Source of the DNA: the human T2T-CHM13v2.0 reference genome, Homo sapiens
Length of the DNA: 64,000 nt
Direction: 5' to 3' (one strand)
NCBI RefSeq assembly: GCF_009914755.1
Contig: NC_060928.1
Shown here: positions 45,543-62,805 of the stretch, piece by piece
Numbering within the stretch: the stretch's first letter is position 1
Layout: every line of letters starts with the position of its first letter
Program-made: the position numbers and the translations under genes
The notes under the pieces: generated by a model
Database searches by the model: none
Told to the model about the DNA's origin: nothing
What the model saw: the letters and a program-made list of their open reading frames with translations, nothing else

Positions 45543-47825
45543 TGGTATGGTTTGGCTGTGTTCCGACCCAAATCTTAACTTGAATTGTATCTCCCAGAAT
45601 TCCCATGTGTTGTGAGAGGGACCCAGGGGGAGGTAATTGAATTATGAGGGCTGGTCTTTTCCATGCTATTCTCGTGATAGTGAATAAGTTTCATGAGATC
45701 TGATGAGTTTCTCAGGGGTTTCCACTTTTGTTTCTTCCTCGTTTTCTTTTGCTGCCACCATGTAATAAGTGCCTTTTGCCTCCCTCCATGATTCTCCCCC
45801 GCCACATGGAACTGTTAAGTCCAATTAAACCTCTTTTTCTTCCCAGCCTCAGTTATATCTTTATCAGCAGCATGAAAACGGACTAATACAGTAAATTGGT
45901 ACTGAGGGTGGGATGTTGCTGAAAAGATACTCAAAAATGTGGAAGCAACTTTGGAACTGGAAAACAGGCAGATGTTGGAAGAGTTTGGAGGGCTCAGAAG
46001 AAGACAGGAAAATGTGGGAAAGTTTGGAACTTCCTAGAGACTTCTTTAATGGCTTTGCCCAAAATGCTGATACCAATACGAACAATAAAATCCAAGCTGA
46101 GCTGGTCTCAAATGGAGATGAGAAACTTACTGGGAAGTGGAGCAAAGGTGATTCTTGTTATGGTTTAGCAAAGAGACTGGTAGCATTTTGCCCCCGCCCT
46201 AGAGATTTGTGAAACTTTAAACTTGAGAGAATTGATTTAGGGTATCTGGCAAAAGAAATTTCTAAGCAGCAAACATTCAAGAGGTACCTTGGGTACTGTT
46301 AAAGGCATTCAGTTTTATAAAGGAAGCAAAGCATAAAAGTTTGGAAAATTTGCAGGATGGTTATGTGATAGAAAAGAAAAACCCGTTTTTCTGGGGATAA
46401 ATGTAAGCCAGATGCAGAAGTTTGCACAAGTAGCAAGAAGCCTAACGTTAATTCTCAAGACCAAAGAGAAAATGTCTCCAGGCCATGTCAGAGACCTTCA
46501 CAGCAGCCCCTCCCATCACAGGCCCGGAGGCCCAGAAGGAAAATACGGTTTCATGGGCCAGGCCCAGGGCCCCTGTGCTGTGTGCAGCCTAGGGACTTAG
46601 TGCCCTGTGTCCAAGCTGCTTCAGCTGTGGCTGAAAGAAGCCAATGTACAGTTCGGACTGTGGCATCAGAGGGTGGAAGCCTCAAGCCTTGGCAGATTCC
46701 ATGTAGTCTTGAGCCTGCAGGTGCACAAAAGTCAAGAATTGACATTTGGGAACCTCTACCTAGATTTCAGAAGATGCATGGAAATGCCTGGATGCCCAGG
46801 CGGAAGTTTCCTGCAGGGGCTGGGCCCTTATGGAGAATCTTTGTTAGAGCAGTGCAGAAGGGAAATGTGGAGTCAGAGCCCCCACACAGAGTCCCTACTG
46901 GGGCACTGCCTAGCAGAGGTGTGAGAAAAGGACCGCTGTCATCCAGACCCCAGAATGGGGTCCACCGACAGCTTGCACCGTGAGCCTGGAAAAGCCGCTG
47001 ACACTCAACACCAGCCCATGAAATCAGCTGGGAGGGATGCTATACCCTGCAAAGCCAGAGGGGCTGAGCTGCCCAAGACCATGGGAACCCACCTCTTGCA
47101 TTAGCGTGACCTGAATGTGAGACCTGGAGTCAAAGGACATTATTTTGGAGCTTTAATATTTGACTGCCTTGCTGGATTTTGGACTTGTATCGGCCCTATA
47201 ACCCCTTCATTTTGGCCAATTTCTCCCATTTGGAATGGCTGTATTTATCCAATTATCTGTACCCTCATTTTATCTAGGAAGTAACTAGCTTGCTTTTGAT
47301 TTTACAGGCTCATAGGCAGAAGGGACTTTCCTTGTCTCAGATGAGAATTTGGACTGTGGACTTCTGCTGAAAGTCATTTAATGCTGAAGTGAGTTAAGAC
47401 TTTGGGGGACTGTTGGGAAGGCATGATTGGTTTTGAAATGTGAGAACATGAGATCTGGAGGGGCCAGGGGCTGTATGATATGATTTGGCTGTGTCCCCAC
47501 CCAAATCTCAACTTAAATTATATCTCCCAGAATTCCCATGTGTTGTGGAAGGGACTCAGGGGGAGCTAATTGAATCATGGGGGGCATTATTTCCCATGCT
47601 TTTCTCGTGATAGTGAATAAGTCTCACAAGATCTGATAGGTTTATCAGGGGTTTCCACTTTTACTTTCTCATTTTCTCTTGCTACCACCATGTAAGTAGT
47701 GCCTTTTGCCTCCTTCCATGATTCTGAGGCCTCCCTAGTCTTGTGGAACTGTAAGTTCAATTAAACCTCTTTTCTTCCCAGCCTGGGGTATTTATTTATC
47801 AGCAGGATGAAAATGGACTGATCCA
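45543..47825 (+). mobile_element. Complete THE1A MaLR provirus (5' LTR 45543-45890, internal 45891-47475, 3' LTR 47476-47825)
   Basis: Two ~350-bp direct LTRs with THE1A-type aattgtatctcccagaattccc; perfect 5-bp TSD TAATC at 45538-45542 and 47826-47830. Confidence 0.96.
45913..46983 (+). pseudogene. Fragments of the THE1-int (MaLR) internal ORF
   Basis: SLEGSEEDRKMWESLELPRD...WSKGDSCY...KRLVAFCP and QPRDLVPCV...EPPHRVPTGALPS are typical THE1-int translations, interrupted by stops. Confidence 0.75.
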
Positions 47826-48497
47826 TAATCATAGAATCTTGCTCCATTTAAGCAAGAGTGGCATTATACATTTTACATAAACGTGTGTGTGTATGTGCAC
47901 CTGCTTGGAATATTTTAAGATCTTAAATAGTCAATTTCTTAAATTTCATCTTTTTCAAATCTTTTATTTTTTAAATACAGAAGGTTACAATCATATTTTC
48001 GTAAGGTAATTTTGGTACATTTCACATTTAATGGCTTATTTCTGATAATATTATTGATAGCAAAAAAACCTTTTTAGATAATGTTTTGTTATAAAAAATT
48101 ATGCTTGTGTATTTGGTTGAGTATCTGGCCTTCATTGTATTTATACATGCAGATTTAAAAATTCTGGATTAACACCAATTCACCTCATAATTATTGCTTA
48201 AAAAATAGCAGGTATATAGGTCTTATGAGTAGGTAATAATTAAATACTGCTAAATCATTATAGGCACAATTATATCCAAGAAACAACATTGATGGACTAT
48301 AATGGCTGAGATCTTAATTAAGCATGAGTCAGCAAATTCTAAACAAAGGTTCTATGACTACCACCTTTTCCTAAGTCTTTATACAGATCATTAGGCTGTA
48401 TCTTTTTTTTTGAACATGAATTTCAACATAAAATTTAAGTGCATTATTTAAGAAGACAGAATATAAAAATCTCAGTTGAATATTAAAAGAATGGAAC

Positions 48498-48896
48498 TGC
48501 TATAGTTTAAAATGTACTCCTTCCAAAATTCATGTAGATGCTTTATCTCCACTGTGGCAGTATTAAGAGATGAAGCATTTGGGGAAGTGATTAAGTCATG
48601 AGGGTTCAGTCATCATGAATGAGGTTATTGTCTTATAAAAGAGCTGAAGGGAACCATGTTAGGCACTTTTTGCACTTCTACTTTCTGATATGTGAGAAAA
48701 CAGTATTTGACTCCTCAGGAGGATGCAACGAGACATCACATTGGAAAGAGAAAACAAGGCCCTCATCAAACATCAAGCCTACCAGCACCTTGATCTTGAA
48801 CTTCTCAGCCTCCACAGCTATGAGAAATAAATGTCTTCCTTTATAAACAACCCATTCTTAGGTATTTTATTCGAGCAGTAGAAAAAGACAAAGACA
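48498..48896 (+). mobile_element. MaLR solo LTR (MSTB/MSTC-like)
   Basis: tgctatagtttaaaatgt...gtgattaagtcatgaggg...caccttgatcttgaacttctcagcctccacagctatgagaaataaat...aagaca. Confidence 0.85.
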
Positions 48897-49729
48897 GGTA
48901 TTAAATCACCTTTTGAAAAATCTGCCAGAATATTTTTAATGATCCAAACTCATCATCAATTGTACAAAATAAGAATTATCTCCCTGGAATGTGCAAATTA
49001 GGATATTGGTTTAGTTCTTTATTGAATTTATTTTAGTCCAGGTCATCTTGATCATTTTTTACAAACTCTAATTAAAATAACTTAATTTAATTTATTTATA
49101 ATTTAATTTATAAAATGATATTATTATAAAATATGTAGCTCTCAGCTCTCAATTCAGAAATCTGCTCATTTTTCTGTGTGGCTGTCTAACCCAACACTGG
49201 TATAGTTCACTCTTCATAACTCAGAAGGCTACAGGTCTGTCTGGAAGTTTGCTGGGCCACTGAGTAGCATAATTATTTATGCTCATCTTGTAATTGCTTC
49301 CTCAATTTCACAATAATTGGGGAAAATGAGTTAAGGATAAAGGCAAAGTGCTTAGGTACTATACAAAGAAAATGATGAATTTTATTATATTCTGACTAAC
49401 TTAGTTTTAAGCTACCTCAGAGAAAAAAAAAATGTCTAATTATTTAGTCGTCTCCAATATAGTACATTATCCAGTATCTATATAGTATGCTTCTAAATTT
49501 AATGCATGATTGAAAGGAATAATTTGGTGTTTTCTGATATGTAAACATGGCTTAAAATTACAATTTGACAGCAGTAGAAATTTCTACTCAATCTATCCAA
49601 TACTTTATTTAAGTAATAAAAATTAATATATAGTAAAATCTCCTTATGTTATAGATTACTAACAGTTTTTTTTATTTTTAGTGAATCTTTTTGGTTTCTT
49701 TAAAAGTATATATTTTCAAATACTGGCCC

Positions 49730-49850
49730 TTTTCTTCCTCCTGTCTAACTGAAACACTGCACCCTTTGACCAGTCTCCCTATTCCTCCACTCTCTAGCCT
49801 CCTGTAGCCACAGTTCTGTTCTCTGCTTCTGTGTGTTCATTTTTTAAATA
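49730..49850 (-). mobile_element. L1MA-type 3'UTR fragment
   Basis: ctgtctaactgaaacactgcaccctttgacc...ttctgttctctgcttctgtgtgttc. Confidence 0.6.
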
Positions 49851-49980
49851 GCTTATTTTAAATAACTGTAAAGTATCACAGTAAAGGTAGAATATGACTT
49901 GAAATTTTGACATATAAAAGGCCAAATGCAGAAGGGTAGTGTCAAGTTTGATGTAGTTAAACTATGTACTGTATGGGATC

Positions 49981-50377
49981 TGCGTAAGTTCGCTAGAGGT
50001 GCTCTAGCAAAGAACAACTGGTGGCTAAAAACAAACAAAACAACAACAATAACGAACATATAATTTATTTTCTTCATGGTTCTTGAGACTAGAAGTCCAA
50101 ACTCATGTTGTCATCAACTTTCGTTTCCTCTGAGACCTCTCTTCTTGGCTTATAGATGGCTTTCTTCTCTCCATGTCTTCATATCATCTTTCCTCTGCAG
50201 ATGTTCATGTCCAAATGTTCTCTTACTATAACAACATTGGGGCCCACCTTAATGACCTCATTTCCACTAAATTACCTTTTTAAAGGCCCTATCTTTAAAT
50301 ATAGTCACACTCTGAAGTATCGGGGATTAGAACATCAACATATCAATTTTGGTGGGACACAATTCAACCCAAAATAG
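49981..50377 (-). mobile_element. MaLR solo LTR (MLT1B/C-like)
   Basis: gactagaagtccaa...gggcccaccttaatgacctcattt...atagtcacactctgaagta...gggacacaattcaaccc. Confidence 0.85.
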
Positions 50378-50514
50378 AATGACAAATATTAAGGCTGGCA
50401 AGGAGGAATGGTTATAAATATTTTTCCAATGTTACTACTTTTTCTGTGATAGTAAAGAAGAATGGTACATTATAATACCGTAACCAAATGTGGTCCTCAC
50501 AATATAAATTATTA

Positions 50515-50930
50515 TTTATCTATTATTTTCTTATAGAAAGCTTCAGAACACAATATCACAAAATTAGTAGCTTAAAAGCATACGTAGTTATGATCTCCCC
50601 ATTCTCTGAGTTTGAATTCTGGGCACAAAATTAGCACGCATTGTGCTTAGGGTCTCACAAGCCTGAAATCTAACTCTTGGCCAGGGCTTGTTCCCATTTA
50701 AGGCTTGGGCCCTATCCCTAGAACATGTGGTTGTTGACAGAATTCAGTTTCTTACAGTTGTAGGACTAAAATCTCTACTTTCCTACTAGCTTTTGGCCCA
50801 GGGATCAAAATTGGCTTCTAGTGCTAACCCTTGAGTCCTACCTACTTGGTGCTTTCACAGCATGGCAACTTAATTTCATCAAGACCGGCAGTATAATCTA
50901 TCTCACACTCTAAATCTCTGATTTCAGAAA
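50515..50930 (-). mobile_element. MaLR LTR fragment (MLT1E/F-like)
   Basis: tgcttagggtctcacaagcctgaaatc and gttgttgacagaattcagtttcttacagttgtaggact. Confidence 0.7.
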
Positions 50931-51321
50931 GAAGATAAACCCACCAAAAGTGATAATTTCAAGTTATAAGAAAAGAAAAATATAATCTTGTGACATAAGT
51001 TGCCTAGGATAGACAAAAATTACATTGTTCTCTCTAATTTTAGTAGCAAATATGACCAGACTTAGTGAAGTATATTTATGTTTTATATTATATTTTCAAG
51101 ATTGCATTTCCAAGGATTGGAGCTTCCCAAGGAGGCAAATTTCCAACTTTTTTGTAAAAGCTGCTCTTAACAAATTATTCCAAAGCCCATTTTTTCTCAA
51201 CTGAAGTTTAATCATTGTAAATAATTTGTCAACTGTTAAATATATATTTATTGAGAATTAACACTTATCTTCCTGAGATCACATTAGGTGTTGTATTAAC
51301 GTGCTTAGATAAAACATTCTT

Positions 51322-55507
<4,186 letters not shown>

Positions 55508-55699
55508 CAACAATATTCTTTAAGTGATTTTTGTATGATAGGGAGACTGCCTTCCATCAATTGATGCACTTATAATTTAATATTTAAAAGTTCCAGGAAA
55601 TTTTTGGCAGTGAGAAACAAAACAAAATGAAAGTGCTTGAAACCTGGGGACCTGGAGCCATCACTTACAATATAGACAGGCGCCAACAGCCTTTTTTGC

Positions 55700-55780
55700 T
55701 TGTGGAAGTACCTCAGTCTTTTTATACTGATATGAGTATTGAAAATGCTCAGTAAATATTTGTTGAATAATAAGTGATCA
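55700..55780 (+). mobile_element. LINE-2 3' tail fragment
   Basis: aatgctcagtaaatatttgttgaataa. Confidence 0.5.
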
Positions 55781-56299
55781 GTCATTTATATCAGAAGTAT
55801 ACTTAAACTAGAAAGAGGAAACATAGAATCAGGCCTGAAACTGAAGCTGGAAGTCGATGCAGAGTGAACGGATATATCAGAATCCAAAGTCTCAGCAATG
55901 TGATAGGTGCAAAGATAACTATCCGTTCTGGAAGACACAACGCAAGCAAATTAAGCCTTGAAAGGCAAATGACTTGACATCACATGTTAGGCAACCTTTT
56001 CTATTGTTCTTCGCCTCAGAGAATAAATGTTTGAGTAAGACTTTCCAAACTGCTTGCATGTTTTGTCTGTAAGTAGAAAGCATTTGCTGTACTTTAAAGG
56101 TACATTTCTAGTGTTTAGGGAGAATGTAAATTCAACCTCTCTGGCACTCTATAGTTACCTTACTGTAATGTAATTTTCTACAACACCCTGAAAGCTTTTC
56201 CTTCGATACTTCTTGAAACTCCTACTGTTCAAGTATAGTTCTGTAGAAATTGCTTCATTTCTCATCCTTCATTGAAGGACGAAATTTGTAGTGCCCACA

Positions 56300-57200
56300 G
56301 TTGGCTGTTTATGTCTCCAAACACCAGACTGGCTTGATGGCCAAGACCAAACATCAATCCTCTTTGGCTTTCATATCTGGAAAAACATTCCTGATCGCTG
56401 GTTCCTCCACCTAGTGACCAGTTTCACCTTCCGTTCCCAAATATTTCAATTCACTAAAAACTCTTAGTCATAAATAAAAACTCCTAACTGATCACCTGAA
56501 AACTCCTTTTTTTGTAAGTCCACAGTCAATCTGTCAATGATTTCTATTAATTCTAAGTAAGATCAATCAGTTTTCTTTAAAAAAAAATTAATTCCTAATG
56601 CACAAGGGCAAAGTGTAATAATGCGGTTCTTGATAGAACACATTTGTTTCCTTATAGGTCTCTGTTCTTCTGTGTATGACCTCTTCCAGTATATATTTTT
56701 TGTTGGTCAGATAAACTCATCATTTTAAAATGCGAATCAGATAGCTCCACTCCATGCTTAAAAACAAGGGGTGCTTGCTTTTTAACATGTACCATAAAAG
56801 GCCCTGTTTGATCCTATCCCATCAAGTTTCTCTAGATTTTATACCAGCTATTCCTTTGCCTTTTATCATTTTTTTTCTTACATCTACCTGACTAACTTGA
56901 TGGGTAGATCACTTCTAAGAAAGTATTTTCCTGATTATTCTCTCAAAATTATCATCCGCTGACCTCCTGCCTTCACTTTATAGTCTCTCTCACAGAAGCC
57001 ATCTCTTTTGTGTCATGAAAATTATCACCATTTGAATTTGGTATTGATCAATATGCTTATTTTTAATGACTTTTTCTGGAGTAAACTACAAGCTTAATGA
57101 GGGCAAAAATTATTTCTTACTTGTTTATTCCTACTTACCCAGAGTCTGAAACAATAATTTGCACAGGGATAATGTCCACAAAATGTAAATTAGTGAAATA
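56300..57200 (+). mobile_element. LINE-2 3' region (degenerate)
   Basis: ttttaaaatgcgaatcagatagctccactccatgcttaaaa and aactacaagcttaatgagggcaaaa...ccagagtctgaaaca. Left limit is approximate. Confidence 0.6.
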
Positions 57201-58036
57201 ATGATTCCTTTTTGTTAACACTTTTAGGAAGAAAGGGACAGTTATTAAAGGTATACTACAAAGCATCGCCAAACATTATTATACATTATGGCTTAAGCTC
57301 TGTTGTGAGTATGTAGATGTTAGTTAATTTTTACCTGACATAAATGTTTGTATGCCCAAATATTATATTAAATGTAGGGAAAAATAATTTTATCTACCTG
57401 AATTTGCTAAACATACCCATCATTTTCTATGCATGCTCTCTCAGTGTGATGAACTGGGTCATGATGTAAAGAAGTCAAAGTAATGGTATTTCTTTAATAA
57501 ATGCAAATATGTATATTTCTTCATTGTAATATACAGTGGGAATAATTATCAGTTCAGAATTACATAGAGAAACTGAGTTGTAAGCACAGTGAGGACAGTT
57601 ATCATGTCTTATTTAATTTTCGTAATGTGTATTATCTATACAATATATCAACACTCAATAAGTGTTTGGTAAATCAATAGATGGATGGATGAATCAAAGA
57701 ACAGATAGATGAATAGATGGAGAGATAATCACATTTCATATGTAGAAATTTAAGACAAGGGTTAGAGATTATGCATTAAATGGTTTCACAATTTTATCCT
57801 CTGAAAGTATTGTGATGAATTAACTTTTAGAAACCTGCAACTCATGAATGTTTTTCATTATTTTCCTGTACACATCTTTTGAAAATGCAAATCTTTACAT
57901 GTGACCAAAGTATCCTAAATTTAAAAGTATTCGTTATTGTATTTACTTCAATATACATTTTTATTTGTTCATTTTACATTACTGTTTTGTTTAAAATATT
58001 ATCTAAGGTTACAAAGTATAAAATAAGCTCTTGGTG

Positions 58037-59050
58037 CTTCTGCACAGCAAAAGAAACTACTAACTTATTGAATAGTAAGTGATCATCAGAGTGAACAGGA
58101 AACCTACAGAGTGGGAGAAAATTTTTGCAATCTACCCATCTGACAAAGGGCTAATATCCAGAATCTACAAAGAACTTAAACAAATTTACAAGAAAAAAAT
58201 CAAACAACCCCATCAAAAAGTGGACAAAGGGTATGAACAGACACTTCTCAAAAGAAGACATTTATGCAGCCAACAGACATGAAAAAATGCTCATCATCAC
58301 TGGCCATCAGAGAAATGCAAATCAAAACTGCAATGAGATACCATGTCACACCAGTTAGAATGGCAATCATTAAAAAGTCAGGAAACAACAGGTGCTGGAG
58401 AGGATGTGGAGAAATAGGAACACTTTTACACTGTTGATGGGACTGTAAACTAGTTCAACCATTGTGGAAGACAGCGTGGTGATTTGTCAAGGATCTAGAA
58501 CTAGAAATACCATTTGACCCAGCCATCCCATTATTGGGCATATACCCAAAGGATTATAAATCATGCTGCTATAAAGACAGATGCACATAGATGTTTATTG
58601 TGGCACTATTCACAATAGCAAAGACTTGGAACCAACCCAAATGTCAACAATGATAGACTGGATTAAGAAAATGTGGCATATATACACCATGGAATACTAT
58701 GCAGCCATAAAAAAGGATGAGTTCATGTCCTTTGCAGGGACCTGGATGAAGCTCGAAGCCATCATTCTCAGCAAACTAACACAGGAACAGAAAACCAAAC
58801 ACCACGTGTTTTCACTTATAGGTGGGAATTGAACGGTGAGAATACTTGGACACAGGGTGGGGAATATCACACACTGGGCCCTGTCGTGGGGTCGGGGGAG
58901 GGAGGAGGGATAGCATTAGGAGATATACCTAATGTAAATGATGAGTTAACAGGTGCAACACACCAACATGACACATGTATGCATATGTAACAAACCTGCA
59001 CATTGTGCACATGTAACCTAGAACTTAAAGTATAATTTAAAAAATATAAT
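58037..59050 (+). mobile_element. 5'-truncated L1 (L1PA5/6-like)
   Basis: ORF2 C-terminus plus 3'UTR; perfect 15-bp TSD aataagctcttggtg at 58022-58036 and 59051-59065. Confidence 0.95.
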
Positions 59051-59074
59051 AATAAGCTCTTGGTGTTGACTTCT

Positions 59075-59380
59075 TTTTGTTTTCTTTTTTTTTTTTTTTT
59101 TTTTTTTGAGACAGAGTCTTGCTCTTATTGCCCAGGCTGCAGTGCAGTGGTGGGATCTTGGCTCACTCAAACTCCACCTTCCAGTTTCAAGCAATTCTCC
59201 TGCCTCAGCCTTCTGAGTAGCTGGATTACAGGCGCCTGCCACCCACCCTGCTAATTTTTGTATTTTTAGTAGAGACAAAATTTCATCATGTTGGCCAGGC
59301 TGGTCTCAAACTCCTCGTGATCTGCCTGCTTCGGCCTCTCAAAGTGCTGGGATTACAGGTGTGAGCCACAGCGCCTGGCC
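59075..59380 (-). mobile_element. Alu, AluS-type
   Basis: Antisense dimer with long T-tail; TSD ttggtgttgacttct (59060-59074) / ttagtgttgacttct (59381-59395). Confidence 0.95.
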
Positions 59381-59454
59381 TTAGTGTTGACTTCTAATAA
59401 ACAATGGTTTCAGTGACATTCTGTGGCATACCTCTCTATAGAGATCATATAAAA

Positions 59455-59730
59455 CTCAGCTCAGTGGCTCATGCCTATAACCCCAGCACTTTAGGAGGCC
59501 AGGCAGGAAGATTGCTTGAAGCCAGGAGTTTGAGACCAGCCTGGGCAACATGATGAGACCTCAAAAAAAAAAAAAAAGTCGATGGGGTGGCACTTGCCTC
59601 CTGTAGTTCTAACTACTTGGAAGGCTGAAGCAGGAGGATCACTTGAGCACAGGAACTCAAGGCTGAAATGAGCTATGATCAGGCCACCACACACGAGCCT
59701 GGGCAACACAGTAAGACCCTGTCCCTAAAG
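59455..59730 (+). mobile_element. Alu, AluJ-type
   Basis: gattgcttgaagccaggagtttgagaccagcctgggcaac and gaggatcacttgagc...gagctatgatc (J-type). Confidence 0.9.
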
Positions 59731-61487
59731 AATATAATTTAAAATTATACATATATATAATTTAAAATTAATTTAAAATTATGTATATATAATTTTTATT
59801 TGTTTTTATTTATATATATATAAAATATTGACAAAGAAGAAGTTTCAAAATTCATCTCAAATTAGTGAATCACTCATTTCCTTGTCAAACTTAAATGACA
59901 CTAGACAATATAAAATTTAAATAAGTTGGTTAGCCAGGGATAATGTTTGAAGATACTTACTTAATACATTTTCACTGATGACTATAAAATAGTACTTTAA
60001 ACTCAAATGCTGGCTGCTGATGGAGGGCAAGTCAACTTCAATTGTTCTGCATGTGAAATATATGAAGAAATAATCACAATAAATATATTCACAGAAATAG
60101 TAACTGAAGATAGACTAATGAGGTCTGAAAATATAAGCACTGGGGAATAGCAGTACACAAAGAACAGATCAACACGATGTTACAGCGACAAAAGCAACTA
60201 CAAGAAACAAATCAATACAATATTCAACTTTTAAAACAAGTACAAACCAAAATAGAGACTTAAGAGACAGACAATCATCGTCAAGCATTCAAGTAGTAAA
60301 TATTTATGCGTATAATTGAATATATGTGTGTATTTATATAATTATGGGAAATTAGAGAAAGAAATGGAAGCATCAAGTTTCTGAAATATTATTTCACGTT
60401 AAAAATTGTTATTTCTCTAGGTAAGATTATGAGTGAAAATTTAATCTTTCTTCGTTCTTATGCATTTTCTTCTTAAGTTTTCAAAAAATAATTATAACAT
60501 TTGTAATTAGAATATAATTAAAATGTATTATTTAGAAATAGTTGACAAGACAAAAAAATCTTAAGTTTGTGATAATGAATGAAATAAAGCAAATTTAGAT
60601 ATCTAAAAGACTAATAAACCCCCAAAATATTGGTACAAAGCATTTGTTAGTTTGTCATTGGTTATTTCTAGTTAAAATATATAGAATTAATATGCCAATA
60701 AATATACATTAAATTTTAAATGGCTTTCATTAATATATTTTTAATTTAGTGATATCATTTATATCAATTCATAAATCAACTTAAATGTTTGTTGGTAGTA
60801 TTTCCTAGATAGCCAGAGTTCAAAAACTAACAAAATGTTTCCTTTTTTACTTTTTCCCTGTTTTTATCATTTCTCCTTTTTTTACTTATGCACAACATAT
60901 TATTTTGTTCTTCAAATCCTTCGTATCCTACATTTCCCAAAATCATAAATACATTCAGATAATTTTATAGTATTTATTCAATTTAGTCAGTTCAAAATGT
61001 ATCTAAATTTTAACTATGTTTCTATACTTATCACTGAGGATACAATGTTTGTGTTTTTAAACAGCTGTAACAAACTTGTAAGGGAAATGAAAGTCTTTTC
61101 CAAATTATTCAGTTACTTGTTCAGTACTCTATCACTCATCTAACAATAAATTTACATATCTATCTATGGAGGATATAATCTATCAAAAATGCTTTACCTG
61201 TGTTTAGGTCCTGTATAGAAAGTTGAAGATACCATGTTATTTTCATATTTTTTATAAAAAAGACCACTCTGCGTATTTCTTTGTTTTTTTGGGAAATACA
61301 ATGGAATAATAATAAAGTAGAGAGAAAAATTACCACATAATTTAAGTTTCTATGTGGATCAGAAATTTAAAAACCTCTTATATAATAACATTTTTATGTC
61401 TTTTATTCTGTCTACAATGAAATTGTAAGATGAATTATATTGAATTATCTATTTTCAATTTTTTACATCTAGTTTGAAGCCTTTTTA

Positions 61488-61771
<284 letters not shown>

Positions 61772-62237
61772 TGAGGCCTTTTTAGTTCTTTTACGAAGTA
61801 ATTCATCAATAATTTTAAAAATTGTATCATAAGATAAATTCTTACTCATAACAGAAAGGTATCTGCATATCAATAAGTTACAACTTACGCTTTGTTGCAA
61901 TTGTAATTCAAAGCAGGTTAATCTTTACCTTGAATTATTATTCCTGGATAAACCATGTGGAATTCTTAATTAATTCTATAATTTGTCTTCTCATCATTTT
62001 AGCAGTGTCATTCATAAAGCAAAAGTTTTTACTTTTGGGATTTATTTTTTGTTGTTACTTTTTCTTTTTAGCGATTATACTTTTGGTATTAAGAATAAGA
62101 ACTGTTCACCTAGTGTGGCTTCCTAAAGGTGATTTGGGTTTTTTTAACCCCTGAAATTTTGTTTTTACATTTTACATTGAAATCTGTGATCTATTTAGGG
62201 TTAATGCTAGTATAAGATGTGAGATATAGTTACTTTG

Positions 62238-62630
62238 TGTATTAGTTTGTTCTCACACTTCTAATAAAGACATAACCAAGACTGGGTAATTTATAAAGGA
62301 AAGAGGTTTAATTGACTCACAGTTCCACAGGGCTGAGGAGGCCTCAAGAAACTTAAAAAATTATGTCAGAAGAGGAAGCAAACACGTCCTTCTTCACATA
62401 GCAGCAGCAAAGGGAAGTGTAAAGTGAGGTGGGGCGAAAGCCCCTCATAAAACCACCAGGTCTCATGAGAACTCACTCACTGTCATGAACTCACTGTCAT
62501 GAGAACTGCGTGGAGGTAACTGCCCCCATGATTCAATTACCTCCCACCGAGTCCCTCCCACGACATGTGGGGAATATGGAAACTACAGTTCAAGATGAGA
62601 TTTGAGTGGAGACACAGGCCAACTATATCA
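62238..62630 (-). mobile_element. MaLR solo LTR (THE1B/C-like)
   Basis: tgtattagtttgttctcacac...gacacaggccaactatatca; perfect 5-bp TSD CTTTG at 62233-62237 and 62631-62635. Confidence 0.93.
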
Positions 62631-62805
62631 CTTTGTTTGTTTTTGCCTGTGGATATCCAAATATTTCCATATGATTTCCTCAAAAGGCTATCTTTCTTCC
62701 ATTGCATAGAATTCCATTTGCCTCTTTGACAAAAATCAATTAAGAATATTTGTGTGGGTCTATTTCTCTGTTTTCGATTCTGTTCCATTTATCTAAATGT
62801 CTATC

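Noticed and set aside
59731-59825. AT-rich quasi-palindromic repeats (ataatttaaaatta)
   Set aside because: Degenerate Alu-tail and low-complexity sequence; self-complementarity is trivial at this composition.
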